From NCBI RefSeq assembly GCF_002113885.1, contig NW_018406194.1, forward strand, positions 7,718-71,717: DNA of 64,000 bases, in the 5' to 3' direction. The stretch comes from Mizuhopecten yessoensis. Its lineage: Eukaryota. Of the stretch, positions 11,520-26,102 are shown in pieces (position 1 is the first letter of the stretch; each line of letters begins with the position of its first letter). The notes under the pieces were generated by a model. That model saw only the letters and a list, made by a program, of their open reading frames with translations. It had not been told where the DNA came from and ran no database searches. Position numbers and translations under genes: made by a program.

Positions 11520-14270
11520 GTCGATAGCTTGTTATGGTCAATGGCCTGTGTAACTACTAGTCTCTCTATGTGGGCGCAGTGTTTCCACTTTATATACTTC
11601 CCTGTCGATAGCTTGTTATGGTCAATGGCCTGTGTAACTACTAGTCTCTCTATGTGGGCGCAGTGTTTCCACTTTATATACTTCCCTGTCGATAGCTTGT
11701 TATGGTCAATGGCCTGTGTAACTACTAGTCTCTCTATGTGGGCGCAGTGTTTCCACTTTATATACTTCCCTGTCGATAGCTTGTTATGGTCAATGGCCTG
11801 TGTAACTACTAGTCTCTCTATGTGGGCGCAGTGTTTCCACTTTATATACTTCCCTGTCGATAGCTTGTTATGGTCAATGGCCTGTGTAACTACTAGTCTC
11901 TCTATGTGGGCGCAGTGTTTCCACTTTATATACTTCCCTGTCGATAGCTTGTTATGGTCAATGGCCTGTGTAACTACTAGTCTCTCTATGTGGGCGCAGT
12001 GTTTCCACTTTATATACTTCCCTGTCGATAGCTTGTTATGGTCAATGGCCTGTGTAACTACTAGTCTCTCTATGTGGGCGCAGTGTTTCCACTTTATATA
12101 CTTCCCTGTCGATAGCTTGTTATGGTCAATGGCCTGTGTAACTACTAGTCTCTCTATGTGGGCGCAGTGTTTCCACTTTATATACTTCCCTGTCGATAGC
12201 TTGTTATGGTCAATGGCCTGTGTAACTACTAGTCTCTCTATGTGGGCGCAGTGTTTCCACTTTATATACTTCCCTGTCGATAGCTTGTTATGGTCAATGG
12301 CCTGTGTAACTACTAGTCTCTCTATGTGGGCGCAGTGTTTCCACTTTATATACTTCCCTGTCGATAGCTTGTTATGGTCAATGGCCTGTGTAACTACTAG
12401 TCTCTCTATGTGGGCGCAGTGTTTCCACTTTATATACTTCCCTGTCGATAGCTTGTTATGGTCAATGGCCTGTGTAACTACTAGTCTCTCTATGTGGGCG
12501 CAGTGTTTCCACTTTATATACTTCCCTGTCGATAGCTTGTTATGGTCAATGGCCTGTGTAACTACTAGTCTCTCTATGTGGGCGCAGTGTTTCCACTTTA
12601 TATACTTCCCTGTCGATAGCTTGTTATGGTCAATGGCCTGTGTAACTACTAGTCTCTCTATGTGGGCGCAGTGTTTCCACTTTATATACTTCCCTGTCGA
12701 TAGCTTGTTATGGTCAATGGCCTGTGTAACTACTAGTCTCTCTATGTGGGCGCAGTGTTTCCACTTTATATACTTCCCTGTCGATAGCTTGTTATGGTCA
12801 ATGGCCTGTGTAACTACTAGTCTCTCTATGTGGGCGCAGTGTTTCCACTTTATATACTTCCCTGTCGATAGCTTGTTATGGTCAATGGCCTGTGTAACTA
12901 CTAGTCTCTCTATGTGGGCGCAGTGTTTCCACTTTATATACTTCCCTGTCGATAGCTTGTTATGGTCAATGGCCTGTGTAACTACTAGTCTCTCTATGTG
13001 GGCGCAGTGTTTCCACTTTATATACTTCCCTGTCGATAGCTTGTTATGGTCAATGGCCTGTGTAACTACTAGTCTCTCTATGTGGGCGCAGTGTTTCCAC
13101 TTTATATACTTCCCTGTCGATAGCTTGTTATGGTCAATGGCCTGTGTAACTACTAGTCTCTCTATGTGGGCGCAGTGTTTCCACTTTATATACTTCCCTG
13201 TCGATAGCTTGTTATGGTCAATGGCCTGTGTAACTACTAGTCTCTCTATGTGGGCGCAGTGTTTCCACTTTATATACTTCCCTGTCGATAGCTTGTTATG
13301 GTCAATGGCCTGTGTAACTACTAGTCTCTCTATGTGGGCGCAGTGTTTCCACTTTATATACTTCCCTGTCGATAGCTTGTTATGGTCAATGGCCTGTGTA
13401 ACTACTAGTCTCTCTATGTGGGCGCAGTGTTTCCACTTTATATACTTCCCTGTCGATAGCTTGTTATGGTCAATGGCCTGTGTAACTACTAGTCTCTCTA
13501 TGTGGGCGCAGTGTTTCCACTTTATATACTTCCCTGTCGATAGCTTGTTATGGTCAATGGCCTGTGTAACTACTAGTCTCTCTATGTGGGCGCAGTGTTT
13601 CCACTTTATATACTTCCCTGTCGATAGCTTGTTATGGTCAATGGCCTGTGTAACTACTAGTCTCTCTATGTGGGCGCAGTGTTTCCACTTTATATACTTC
13701 CCTGTCGATAGCTTGTTATGGTCAATGGCCTGTGTAACTACTAGTCTCTCTATGTGGGCGCAGTGTTTCCACTTTATATACTTCCCTGTCGATAGCTTGT
13801 TATGGTCAATGGCCTGTGTAACTACTAGTCTCTCTATGTGGGCGCAGTGTTTCCACTTTATATACTTCCCTGTCGATAGCTTGTTATGGTCAATGGCCTG
13901 TGTAACTACTAGTCTCTCTATGTGGGCGCAGTGTTTCCACTTTATATACTTCCCTGTCGATAGCTTGTTATGGTCAATGGCCTGTGTAACTACTAGTCTC
14001 TCTATGTGGGCGCAGTGTTTCCACTTTATATACTTCCCTGTCGATAGCTTGTTATGGTCAATGGCCTGTGTAACTACTAGTCTCTCTATGTGGGCGCAGT
14101 GTTTCCACTTTATATACTTCCCTGTCGATAGCTTGTTATGGTCAATGGCCTGTGTAACTACTAGTCTCTCTATGTGGGCGCTGTGTTTCCACTTTATATA
14201 CTTCCCTGTCGATAGCTTGTTATGGTCGATGGCCTGTGTAACTACTAGTCTCTCTATGTGGGCACAGTGT
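11520..14270. repeat. 84-bp satellite array, ~33 essentially identical copies
   Basis: Unit GTCGATAGCTTGTTATGGTCAATGGCCTGTGTAACTACTAGTCTCTCTATGTGGGCGCAGTGTTTCCACTTTATATACTTCCCT; substitutions seen only in the last two units. Confidence 0.98.
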
Positions 14271-14484
14271 TAGACCATTCAGCATCGTCACGTACATTTG
14301 TCTTTTATAAAGGATAACACCGTTCAGTCCTATCGGGAGGCCGTCGTCGCTACATTCGTACCAGCCGGTTATCATTGACCTTTTATTTCTTTATATTAAA
14401 AGATTAAATTATCTATGACCTCACTATATATATATGTTGTAAATGTATTTTATGTACGGTACGAGTAATATGTTTTTTGCTCAA

Positions 14485-14601
14485 AAGTGAGTATGGATGT
14501 TGACAAACACTCTTGCCCTGGTTAGGGTTAGGGTTAGGGTTAACGAACTTCAGCCACAACTTTAAGTGAGTATGGATGTTGACAAACACTCTTGCCCTGG
14601 T
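14485..14601. repeat. 38-bp direct repeat flanking an interstitial (TTAGGG)3 tract
   Basis: AAGTGAGTATGGATGTTGACAAACACTCTTGCCCTGGT at 14485-14522 and 14564-14601; TTAGGG x3 at 14522-14539. Confidence 0.9.
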
Positions 14602-15694
14602 ACACGTATGTCTCAATTTCTTACGACAAGGAGGAACATAATGATATCAAAATCGAGAATTATGAGTGTGATTCCTTCCTGTGGTTTGTAGATCAACTCG
14701 ATTTAACGTTTTATCATTTGGCAATGATATACCATGGAAAATGTGGACATGACATAGGTAGGGATTTTAATGAATATACTAACAGTTTATGGGTATCAAC
14801 TGTTTCACTTATATTAATCATCATGTTAAGCAAGAGACAACGAAAACATTAGTGCTATTGCTTGTTTTATTATCGTGGCAAGATCGCCAGGGACTGATCT
14901 TTAGATCCATACTTCTGCAATCATGTAAGGAGGTACGATTTTTTTTCGTCAGCAATATTTGATTCATTTATTTTTATTATCATTTATTCGTTTCCCCCCG
15001 CAATTCAGATTCATGGAACGAGTTTGTAAAACAGAGTCCATACGGCTACAGGAATCGTTTTTGTGGGGAAGGAGTCATGTTAATATTGCAGAACATGACA
15101 TTGTAGTTTCAGAGTGTTATTCAATTGGCATGCATTCCACTTCACATTAGTTACGGCTCCCTGGGATTAATAATTCCGGCTATAGCAGGGTAAACGATCG
15201 TTGATTCTTTAAATAGTGTCCATAATGCGCAAAAGAGTCCAGTTCAGTGAAGCAATACACGCGGTGCATCCTGCTTTTCTTATCAGATTACATAATTATG
15301 TGGTAGTTTCCCTAATATTTTGCCTATCTTTCTCATGATGTTGAACGAACGTGACCCACGACTCTTTAATTGCATTATGTACACAAGAAACGTGAGGATT
15401 GACATTGAACGAACTCACTATGATGAGTGTCCCCAATTACAGAGAAATACTGGTGTAGTGTTCAATACGTTTTACATAGATGCTTGATAGTGGTATTTGT
15501 ACTAGGTTATAATTCTCCCTACTGACAAGTGTGACAACAAAGATATAGTGAATACGTATTTCATCTAGATCCGACTCTCTAAGCTAATTCAATATGTACT
15601 TTCTTGCGGATGTATGTATTTCCTTTTAAATAAGAGAGTCAAAGAGTCATTAGACGACATTAATAAATGCTGGACCGCAGAGGAGAAACCAAAT

Positions 15695-17391
15695 CAGCAT
15701 ACACAGGTAAAGAGTTCACTTCACCATAACGTAAATAACGAGTACACAGGTAAACAGTTTACTTCACCATAACGTAAGTAAACAGCGTACACAGGTAAAC
15801 TGTTCACTTCACCATAACGTAAGTAAATAGCATACACAGGTAAACAGTTCACTTCACCATAACGTAAGTAAACAGCGTACCCAGGTAAACAGTTCACTTC
15901 ACCATAACGTAAGTAAACAGCGTACACAGGTAAACTGTTCACTTCACCATAACGTAAGTAAATAGCATACACAGGTAAACAGTTCATTTCACCATAACTA
16001 AAGTCAATAGCGTACACAGGTAAACAGTTCACTTAACAATAACGTAAGTAAATAGCGTACACAGGTAACCAGTTCACTTCACCATAACGTAAGTAACGAG
16101 TACACAGGTAAACAGTCCATTTCACCATAACGTAAGTAAATAGCATACACAGGTAAACAGTTCATTTCACCATAACTAAAGTCAATAGCGTACACAGGTA
16201 AACAGTTCACTTCACAATAACGTAAGTAAATAGCGTACACAGGTAAACAGTTCACTTTACCATAACTAAAGTCAATAGCGTACACTGGTAAACAGTTCAC
16301 TTAACCATAACTTAAGTCAATAGCGACCACAGGTAAACAGTTCACTTCACCATAACTAAAGTCAATAGCGTACACACTTCACCATAACTAAAGTCAATAG
16401 CGTATACAGGTAAACAGTTCACTTCACCATAACGTAAGTAACGAGTACACAGGTAAACAGTTCACTTCACCATAACGTAAGTAACGAGTACACATGTAAA
16501 CAGTTCACTTCACCATAACGTAAGTAAATAGCATACACAGGTAAACAGTTCATTTCACAATAACGTAAGTGACGAGGACACAGGTAAACAGTTCACTTCA
16601 CCATAACGTAAGAAAGTAGCGTACACAGGTAAACAGTTCACTTCACCATAACGTAAGTAACGAGTACACAGGAAAACAGTTCACTTCACCATAACGTAAG
16701 TAAATAGCATACACAGGTAAACAGTTCATTTCACAATAACGTAAGTGACGAGGACACAGGTAAACAGTTCACTTCACCATAACGTAAGAAAGTAGCGTAC
16801 ACAGGTAAACAGTTCACTTCACCATAACGTAAGTAACGAGTACACAGGAAAACAGTTTACTTTACCATAACTAAAGGCAATAGCGTACACAGGTAAACAG
16901 TTCACTTCACCATAACGTAAGTAACGAGTACACAGGTAAACAGTTCACTTCACCATAACGTAAGTAAATAGCGTACACAGGTAAACAGTCCACTTCACCA
17001 TAACGTAAGTAAATAGCGTACACAGGTAAACAGTCCACTTCACCATAACGTAAGTAAATAGCGAACACAGGTAAACAGTTCATTTCACCATAACGTAAGT
17101 AAACAGAGTACAATAGTAAACAGTTCACTTCACTATAACGTAAGTAATAGCGTACACAGGTAAACAGTTCACTTCAACATAACGTAAGTAAATAGCGTAC
17201 ACAGGTAAACAGTTAACTTAACCATAACGTAAGTAAATAGCGTACACAGGTAAAGAGTTTACTTCACCATAACGTAAGTAAATAGAGTACACAGGTAAAC
17301 AGTTCACTTCACCATAACGTAAGTAAATAGCGTACACAGGTAAACAGTTCACTTCACAATAACGTAAGTAAATAGCGTACACAGGTAAACA
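15695..17391. repeat. 45-bp minisatellite (CACAGGTAAACAGTTCACTTCACCATAACGTAAGTAAATAGCGTA), ~38 copies
   Basis: 44-45-nt periodicity. Confidence 0.97.
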
Positions 17392-17392
17392 G

Positions 17393-20300
17393 CCAGATAC
17401 ACACAATCATCTTACAGGCAGACACACACAATCATCTTACAGGTATACACACACATAATCATCTTACAGGCAGACACACACAATCATTTTACAGTTAGAC
17501 ACACATAATCATCTTACAGGTAGACACACATAATCATCTTACAGTAGACACACATAATCATCTTACAGGCAGATACACACAATCATCTTACATGTACTCA
17601 CACTTAATCATCTTACAGGTAGTCATACACACTCATCTTACAGGCAGACACACACAATCATCTTACAGGCAGACACACACAATCATCTTACAGGTAGACA
17701 CACACACTCATATTACAGGCAGACACACACAATCATTTTACAGCCAGATACACACAATCATCTTACATGTACGCACACTTAATCATCTTACAGGTAGTCA
17801 TACACACTCATCTTACAGGCAGACACACACAATCATCTTACAGGCAAACACACACAATTATTTTACAGGTAGTCACACACAATCATCTTACACGGGGTCA
17901 CACATAATCATCTTACAGGTAGTCACACACAGTCATCTTACAGGTAGTCACACACAATCATCTTACAGGTAGACAATCATCTTACAGGTAGTCACACACA
18001 ATCATCTTACAGGCAGACACACACAATCATCTTACAGGTAGTCAAACACAATCATCTTACAGGCAAACACACACAATTATTTTACAGGTAGACACACACA
18101 ATCATCTTAAGGTAGACACACATAATCATCTTACAGACAGACAGACACAATCATTTTACAGGTAGACACACACAATTATCTTACAATAGACACACATAAT
18201 CATCTTACAGGCAGATTCACACAATCATCTTACATGTACTCACACTTAATCATCTCACAGGTAGTCACACACACTCATCTTACAGGCAGACACACACAAT
18301 CATCTTAAAGGCAGACACACACAATCATCTTACAGGCAGATATACACAATCATCTTACAGGTAGTCATTCACAATCATCTTACAGGTAGACACACACACT
18401 CATCTTACAGGCAGACACACCCAATCATTTTACAGGTAGACACACATAATCATCTTACAGGCAGAGAAACACAATCATCTTACAGGTAGACACAAACATC
18501 TTACAGGTAGTCACACACAATCATTTTACAGGTAGACACACACAATCATCTTAAGGTAGACACACATAATCATCTTACAGGTAGAGAAACACAATAATCT
18601 TACAGGTAGACACAAACATCTTACAGGTAGTCACACACAATCATCTTACAGGTAGTCAAACACAATCATCTTACAGGCAAACACACACAATTATTTTACA
18701 GGTAGTCACACACAATCATCTTACACGGGGTCACACATAATCATCTTACAGGTGGTCGCACACAATCATCTTACAGGTAGACACACACACTCATATTACA
18801 GGCAGACACACACAATCATTTTACAGACAGATACACACAATCATCTTACATGTACGCACACTTAATCATCTTACAGGTAGTCATACACACTCATCTTACA
18901 GGCAGACACACACAATCATCTTAAAGGCAGACACACACAATCATCTTACAGGTATACACACACATAATCATCTTACAGGCAGACACACAAGATCATTTTA
19001 CAGTTAGACACACATAATCAACTTACAGGTAGACACACATAATCATCTTACAGGTAGAGAAACACAATAATCTTACAGGTAGACACAAACATCTTACAGG
19101 TAGTCACACACAATCATCTTACACGGGGTCACACATAATCATCTTACAGGTAGTCACACACAGTCATCTTACAGGTAGTCACACACAATCATCTTACAGG
19201 CAGACATACACACACACAATCATTTTACAGTTAGACACACATAATCATCTTACAGGTAGACACACATAATCATCTTACAGGCAGACACACAAGATCATTT
19301 TACAGGTAGACACACATAATCATCTTACAGGTAGAGAAACACAATAATCTTACAGGTAGACACAATCATCTTACAGGTAGTCACACATAATCATCCCAAA
19401 GGTAGTCAAACACAATCATATTACAGGTAGTCACACACAATCATCTTACAGGCAGACATACACAATCATCTTACATGTAGACACACACATTCATCTTACA
19501 GGTAGACACACACAATCATCTTAGAAGTAGTCACATACAATCATTTTACAAGTGGTCACAAAAAATTATCTAACAGGTAGACACACACAATCATCTTACA
19601 GGTAGACACACACAATCATCTTACAGGTAGTCAGACACAATCATCTCACAGGTAGTCACACACAATCATCTTACACGGGGTCACACATAATCATCTTACA
19701 GGTGGTCGCACACAATCATCTTACAGGTAGACACACACAATCATCTTAAAGGCAGACACACACAATCATCTTAAAGGCAGACACACACAATCATCTTAAA
19801 GGTAGACATACAGAATGATCTTACAGGTCGACACACATAACCATCTTACAGGTAGACACACATCTTAGAAGTAGTCACATACAATCATTTTACAAGTGGT
19901 CACAAAAAATTATCTAACAGGTAGACACACACAATCATTTTACAGGCAGACACACACAATCATCTTAAAGGTAGACATACAGAATGATCTTACAGGTAGA
20001 CACACATCATCACCTTACATGTACTCACACTAAATTGTCTTACAGGTAGACACACACAAACATCTTACAGGTAGTCAGACACAATCATCTCCCAGGTAGT
20101 CACACACAATCATTTTACAGGCAGACACACACAATCATCTTAAAGGCAGACACACACAATCATCTTAAGGTGGACACACATAATCATTTTACAGGTAGAG
20201 AAACACAATCATTTTACAGGTAGTCACACAATCATCTTAGAGGGAGACACACACAATCATCTTAAGGTGGACACACATAATCATTTTACAGGTAGAGAAA

Positions 20301-22055
20301 CACAATCATCTTACAGGGAGACACACACAATCATCTTAAGGTGGACACACATAATCATTTTACAGGTAGAGAAACACAATCATCTTACAGGCAGACACCC
20401 ACAATCATTTTAAAGGTAGACACACACAATCATCTTCAAGGTAGACATTCAGAATGATCTTACAGGTAGACACACACAAACATCTTACAGGCAGACACAC
20501 ACACTCATCTCACAGGTAGAACAATCTTTTTACAAGTGGTCACAAAAAATTATCTAACAGGTAGACACACACAATCAGCTTACAGGTAGACACACACAAT
20601 CAGCTTACAGGTAGTCAGACACAATCATCTCACAGTTAGTCACACACAATCATTTTACAGGTAGTCACACAATCATCTTAGAGGGAGACACACACAATCA
20701 TCTTAAAGGTAGACATACAGAATGATCTTACAGGCAGACACACACAATCATCTTAAGGTGGACACACATAATCATTTTACAGGTAGAGAAACACAATCAT
20801 CTTACAGGTAGTTAGCCACAATCATCTAACAGGTAGATACACACAATCATCTTACAGGCAGACACACCACACACAATCATCTTACAGGCAAACATACACA
20901 ATCATCTTACAGGTAGATACACATAACTATCTTACAGGTAGACATAGACACACACAATCATCTTAGAAGTAGTCACATACAATCTTTTTACAAGTGGTCA
21001 CAAAAAATTATCTAACAGGTAGACACACACAATCAGCTTACAGGTAGACACACACAAACATCTTACAGGCAGACACACATACTCATCTCACAGGTAGACA
21101 CACACAATCAGCTTACAGGTAGACACACACAATCATCTTCAAGGTAGACATACAGAATGATCTTACAGGCAGACACACACACTCAACTCACAGGTAGACA
21201 CACACAATCATCTTAAGGTAGACACACATAATCATTTTACAGGTAGAGAAACACAATCATCTTACAGGTAGATACACACAATCATCTTACAGGCAGACAC
21301 ACACAATCATCTCAAAGGGAGTTAGACACACAATCATCTTACAGGTTGACATACACAATGATCTTACAAGTAGACACACAAAATCATCTTACAGGCAGAC
21401 ACACACAATAATCTTACAGGCAGACACACACAATCATCTTACAGGTAGACACACACATTCATCTTACAGGCAGACACACACACACTCATCTCACAGGTAG
21501 ACACACACAATCATCTTAAAGGTAGACATACAGAATGATCTTACAGGTAGACACACACAATCATTTTACAGGCAGACACACACAATCATCTTACAGGCAG
21601 ACACACACAATCATCTTACATGCAGAAACACATAATCATCTTACAGGCAGACACACACAATCATCTTACAGGTAGACATACACAATCATCTTACAGGTAG
21701 ACACACATGACCATCTTACAGGCAGACACACATACTCATCTTACAGGTAGACACACACAATCATCTTACAGGCAGACACACACACTCATCTCACAGGTAG
21801 ACACACACAATCATCTTAAAGGTAGACATACAGAATGATCTTACAGGTAGACACACATAACCATCTTACAGGCAGACACACATAATCATCTTACAGGTAG
21901 ATACACATAACTATCTTACAGGTAGACATACACAATCATCTTACAGGTAGACACACACAATCATCTCACAGGCAGTCACACACAGACATCTTGCAAGTAG
22001 TTATATACAATCATTTTACAAGTAGTTGTAGACAATAATTTAACAGGAAGCCATA
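17393..22055. repeat. ~25-bp minisatellite (ACACACAATCATCTTACAGGTAGAC), ~180 variant copies, directly abutting the 45-bp array
   Basis: Continuous 23-27-nt periodicity with recurring variant blocks. Confidence 0.97.
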
Positions 22056-22423
22056 AACAAAACAATATTATATCTATAACAGTGTTCCACGATAGTCAAA
22101 TCTACAAGAGTGAGGAACCTGAATTTGAAAATGAACATGTCGTTATGTGTTGTTATAAAATAAATGGTTAGAAAATATTAAGTGAGCATACATTTACGAT
22201 GCTTTATCTACTGTCTAGCTCTAAGGAATCCGGCTTGAAAAATATAACAATGTGGGATTCGGATGCATGATTACAGATTTAGATTACGTTTGATCACGAG
22301 ACCTGGCGTATCATAGACATGGATTTATTTTAACACGTTTATGTGTTTAAAGCTGCTATAATGTTACTTCGCCTGAATCACCTTGGTGACTGCGTCAACA
22401 ACCTTAAAACCATTGTAGCGTAA

Positions 22424-22945
22424 GGGCCGATCAAACCTAACCGATTTGGGTCGCCGGAGCTGTACCGGAGCACACATTTGGCGAATTTTGGAGATCGGTA
22501 CAAGGCTAAGAACGGTATTACATCGTCAGGACATCGTTAGAACATCGACGAAAAAATTATCAACGGCAGGCGACGGTAGAAATGGTTGAACATGCTCAAA
22601 AATGTTCCGCTGTTGCGCTGCCGAAGCAAGCAATGGGACTACACAGCGGCAGTACAGCGGCAATACTAGTACTCCGGTATGGCTTCTACGTAGCGCCCCG
22701 TAATGGATCGGCGGCTCTCCGGTGGCCTCATTGTGTACTGTACTGGTACCAATGTGATATCGTACACGTAGTACTACCGAATAACCCCGAAGTAGCACTG
22801 ATCATGCCTCGGTATAACATCGGCGGCGCTTCGGTAACACTAAGGTGACAGAAAAGTGGTATCCGGAAGTACATCGGTAGCACAAAGGTAAAACAACGGT
22901 ATCACAACGGGAACGCAAGTACTACATCGCGATATTGCTACGGTC
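22424..22945. mobile_element. Possible DNA-transposon terminal fragment (GC-rich, begins TAA|GGGCC, PIF/Harbinger-like)
   Basis: Abrupt GC/CpG-rich block with recurring CGGTA/TACATCG motifs; no partner TIR found. Confidence 0.3.
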
Positions 22946-24168
22946 AATTTTTCAAGTGCTTTCTCGCCGAAGCTCTGCCGTTGTTAAATAGAAAACAGAG
23001 ACTTATGTGGAGTTCATGATTAAAACCTGTAAATAATGGAAAAATACAAATGTATATATACTTCCGAACGTGTATTGTTTGTTTCACGACAAGGACGTGT
23101 TCTCTTAATGCGTCCAAGTAGTGTTGATTGTTTCGTTGATAGGATTCATACACTCATAACTACAGGTGACAGAACTGAAACCTTGTCGAGGAAAAGCCTG
23201 AAACAAAACGCAAAATCCTGTCTATTTTGTCATTTATTCTTTAGGCTAGATTAGTCGTCAACTTGACAAAAACGTCATCCGGGTCCCAACACAAACACAA
23301 ACGTTTGAGTGGAATCATTTTGGATTTTCGTATGTGTCAAGTATAATCTGTTAAGGTAGAGACATTACATATGCATCGTGTTTGTAAAATATAATATGTC
23401 TCAGTAATCATATCACCAAACGACTCTATTCTGATTCAATATCTTTTGCGTATGTGTTGACATTATTATAAGTAATGTATAAAATGCCTTTTTGTTATAT
23501 GTTTGTCTGTTTCACGGTCCGTCCTAATTATGATGTAGGACCTCCATACTCCGTGTTTAACCTCACAAGACCTGTATAGGTATAGGAAGTAAGCAGTACA
23601 AATGGGCGACGTGTTGATAAACTCACCTTGTATATTACGTATCCTGTCGATCTCCTACACACCGCAGAGTCTGTTAAATCTATTCACTTCCACCTATGTA
23701 CACTTAAAGTTCGAGTCACGTGACGGGTGAGTAGATTCAATGGACTTGGTAAAATACATGATACATCATGCGTGACGTTTTTGTTATTCCCTATAGGAAG
23801 CTGCTGATTCTATTGACTGAGGACTGACACTAATGTTTAAGTTAACAACTGTCACAAAGCTCAAAAATGAATCAAGTAGGCTTTAGCAAACCAAACATTT
23901 ATAGCGACGACTTAATTGGCTAAAGAACAAATAAAATATGTTGGCAAACTTAAATTCTACTTCGGCGTTATATTCACTTCTACAATCTTTTAAGTATAAG
24001 TCTATGTTGGACTAAGAATCTGAACCATATTCAGTTTGTACACGTATTTATCTATATCAAATGACACTGAAGGGTGTAACGGTTTTAGTTCAGAGTAACG
24101 AAGCACCTTTCATGTTGTGTGCCAGCCAACGAGTCCATACCACCCTGTCTATTTGCAGTAGATAGTAT

Positions 24169-24277
24169 TAGTTCTCTCTGGGTTAGGAGGGGTCTACGGG
24201 CTCATAGACTCCGTCTTGTCTATACAAACCAAAGAGGTCTATGAGCCAGTAGCCCCCTCCTAACCAAACGATAACGA
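24169..24277. mobile_element. Palindromic MITE-like element
   Basis: 29-bp arms 24181-24209 and 24237-24265 are reverse complements with 2 mismatches; no TSD seen. Confidence 0.7.
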
Positions 24278-25304
24278 ATTTGTCACTCTTTTATATCTTT
24301 TTTTTTGTCCTGCAAAATTATAAGTCACTTTGTCTTTGTGAGTTTGAGTTGTAATTGCCTGCTACCAAAATAGCCCTACCAAATATATTTTCGGCAATAT
24401 TTCGGACAATACACAACCATCTTTGCAATAAGCAGCCTATCGGCCCCCTCATTGCCTGTTTCGTTGAATTTGCTATCGTTTTATATTGCGTGTAGGTTAT
24501 TTCACCCGTGAATGATTTGCAAACCTCGAACGCTTGTGTGTGTCGAACGCCATCTTTGTTGTTATGAAGAGAGATATAGACCCCGGCAAGATATCCAATC
24601 AGGAAGAGTGTTACAAATTAGAAGGATGACAAACAAGAAGGCGATATTGTAGTTTTGTAGACTTTTGCAATCCTTCGACTTTGATGTTCTGATAAACCTG
24701 TGGTATTATTTGTCTTATTTAAGCGTGCTGGCAAACCATTTTCAATAATTAAATCGCATTACAAATTGGGAAAATCTTGCTTCGATGACAATAGCAATTA
24801 CTTAGATTTACATAGAAATTATTCTTGGGAGTTGTTTAAATTAATGATTTTGAGACATGTTTTATTGAAAACCGTTGTACTTATTATAATTTTGGAGAGA
24901 TAAGTGTGTTTCTAGTTTGGTACGCCGATAGTTTAATTTTCTTTTCTGAAACAATTGAAGGCCTACATTGTTATTTGGTGTTCAGAAATATATGCTGACA
25001 TGTGGAATTTAAGTGTAATTTTATCAGCAAAAAGCATCTTAATCCGTGTCTGCTACAACAACTTCGTTTCTCCTTCCAAAACTCTGCAATACCTCCTCTG
25101 GTGCATTTCGCAGACGTTGTGTGCACGATAGTTAGGGAAAACCTAGCAACGCTTTCAATATCTGCCTTTTTCAAGACGGAATACTAGGTATAGTCATAAG
25201 TTTTCCGAATATCGAATAACGATAAGGATATATATACACAGATCAGCCTCGTTTGTACAGTTGTGTGATTGCATAAGGCATCACAATTACCGTGTGCATA
25301 TCGC

Positions 25305-25415
25305 GCACACACCGTCCGCACACGGTCTACACATCGTCTGTACACCGTCCGTACACCATCCGCACATCGTCCGTACACCGTCCGTACACCGTCCGCACAC
25401 CGTCCGTACATCGTC
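25305..25415. repeat. 11-bp tandem repeat (ACACCGTCCGT), ~10 copies
   Basis: Direct periodicity. Confidence 0.8.
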
Positions 25416-26102
25416 AGCCCATGACACCTGGGCGAATAACCATCAATCGTCCCGTTTTGCGATAAAACGCGCACACATGTGGCGATACGGTACATCACTG
25501 CATGAGAATAGTGAATGGCAAAACACAATGATTAATCTGATGGTTGTATGATATTCTATATTGAAAGGGGGTCCAGTCTCATATAGACTAGATATTTTAA
25601 CTGAATACACGAGTTTTAAAAGGCCGTCGTTTTTACCACCCGATTGTCAATAGCGACTGACGCGTGGCAATCGCTAAACATTAACACTCCGGGCATTTTC
25701 TCTGTGAAATGGTTACTCATGGGCGTAAGGTTCCGGATTTATCCATCATTTCCAGCTGCTTTGTACCGTTATAATCAGAAGTTTATTTTATTACTTTTAT
25801 TCTGTATTTTCGTGTACATTACAAAAAAATATGCTAGCTTATTATTTTCAGTTTTTATTTTATTGCATCGCCGCATGAGTCGATTAAATGCAGTTTTGAA
25901 CGGTAATTGTAATGGTAATATGGTGTCTAATAAATATAAATAATGAATTTAAGTACTTAGTAAATAATTACACATATAGGAGATGAATACATTAATATGT
26001 ATATTTAACTGTTCATGATTTATGTTAGATAGCGACCGGTTCAGGATCGCAAGTCCAGTAATATACAACATGGCAGTGCATAATTACTTTCGCTTTGCTG
26101 GA

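Noticed and set aside
11520-14270. CRISPR-like array
   Set aside because: Head-to-tail identical units with no unique spacers, no cas genes, eukaryotic context; the same applies to the other arrays
11481-14273. 930-aa ORF
   Set aside because: Product of an 84-bp (3n) stop-free tandem repeat; non-ATG start, no domain, no synonymous variation
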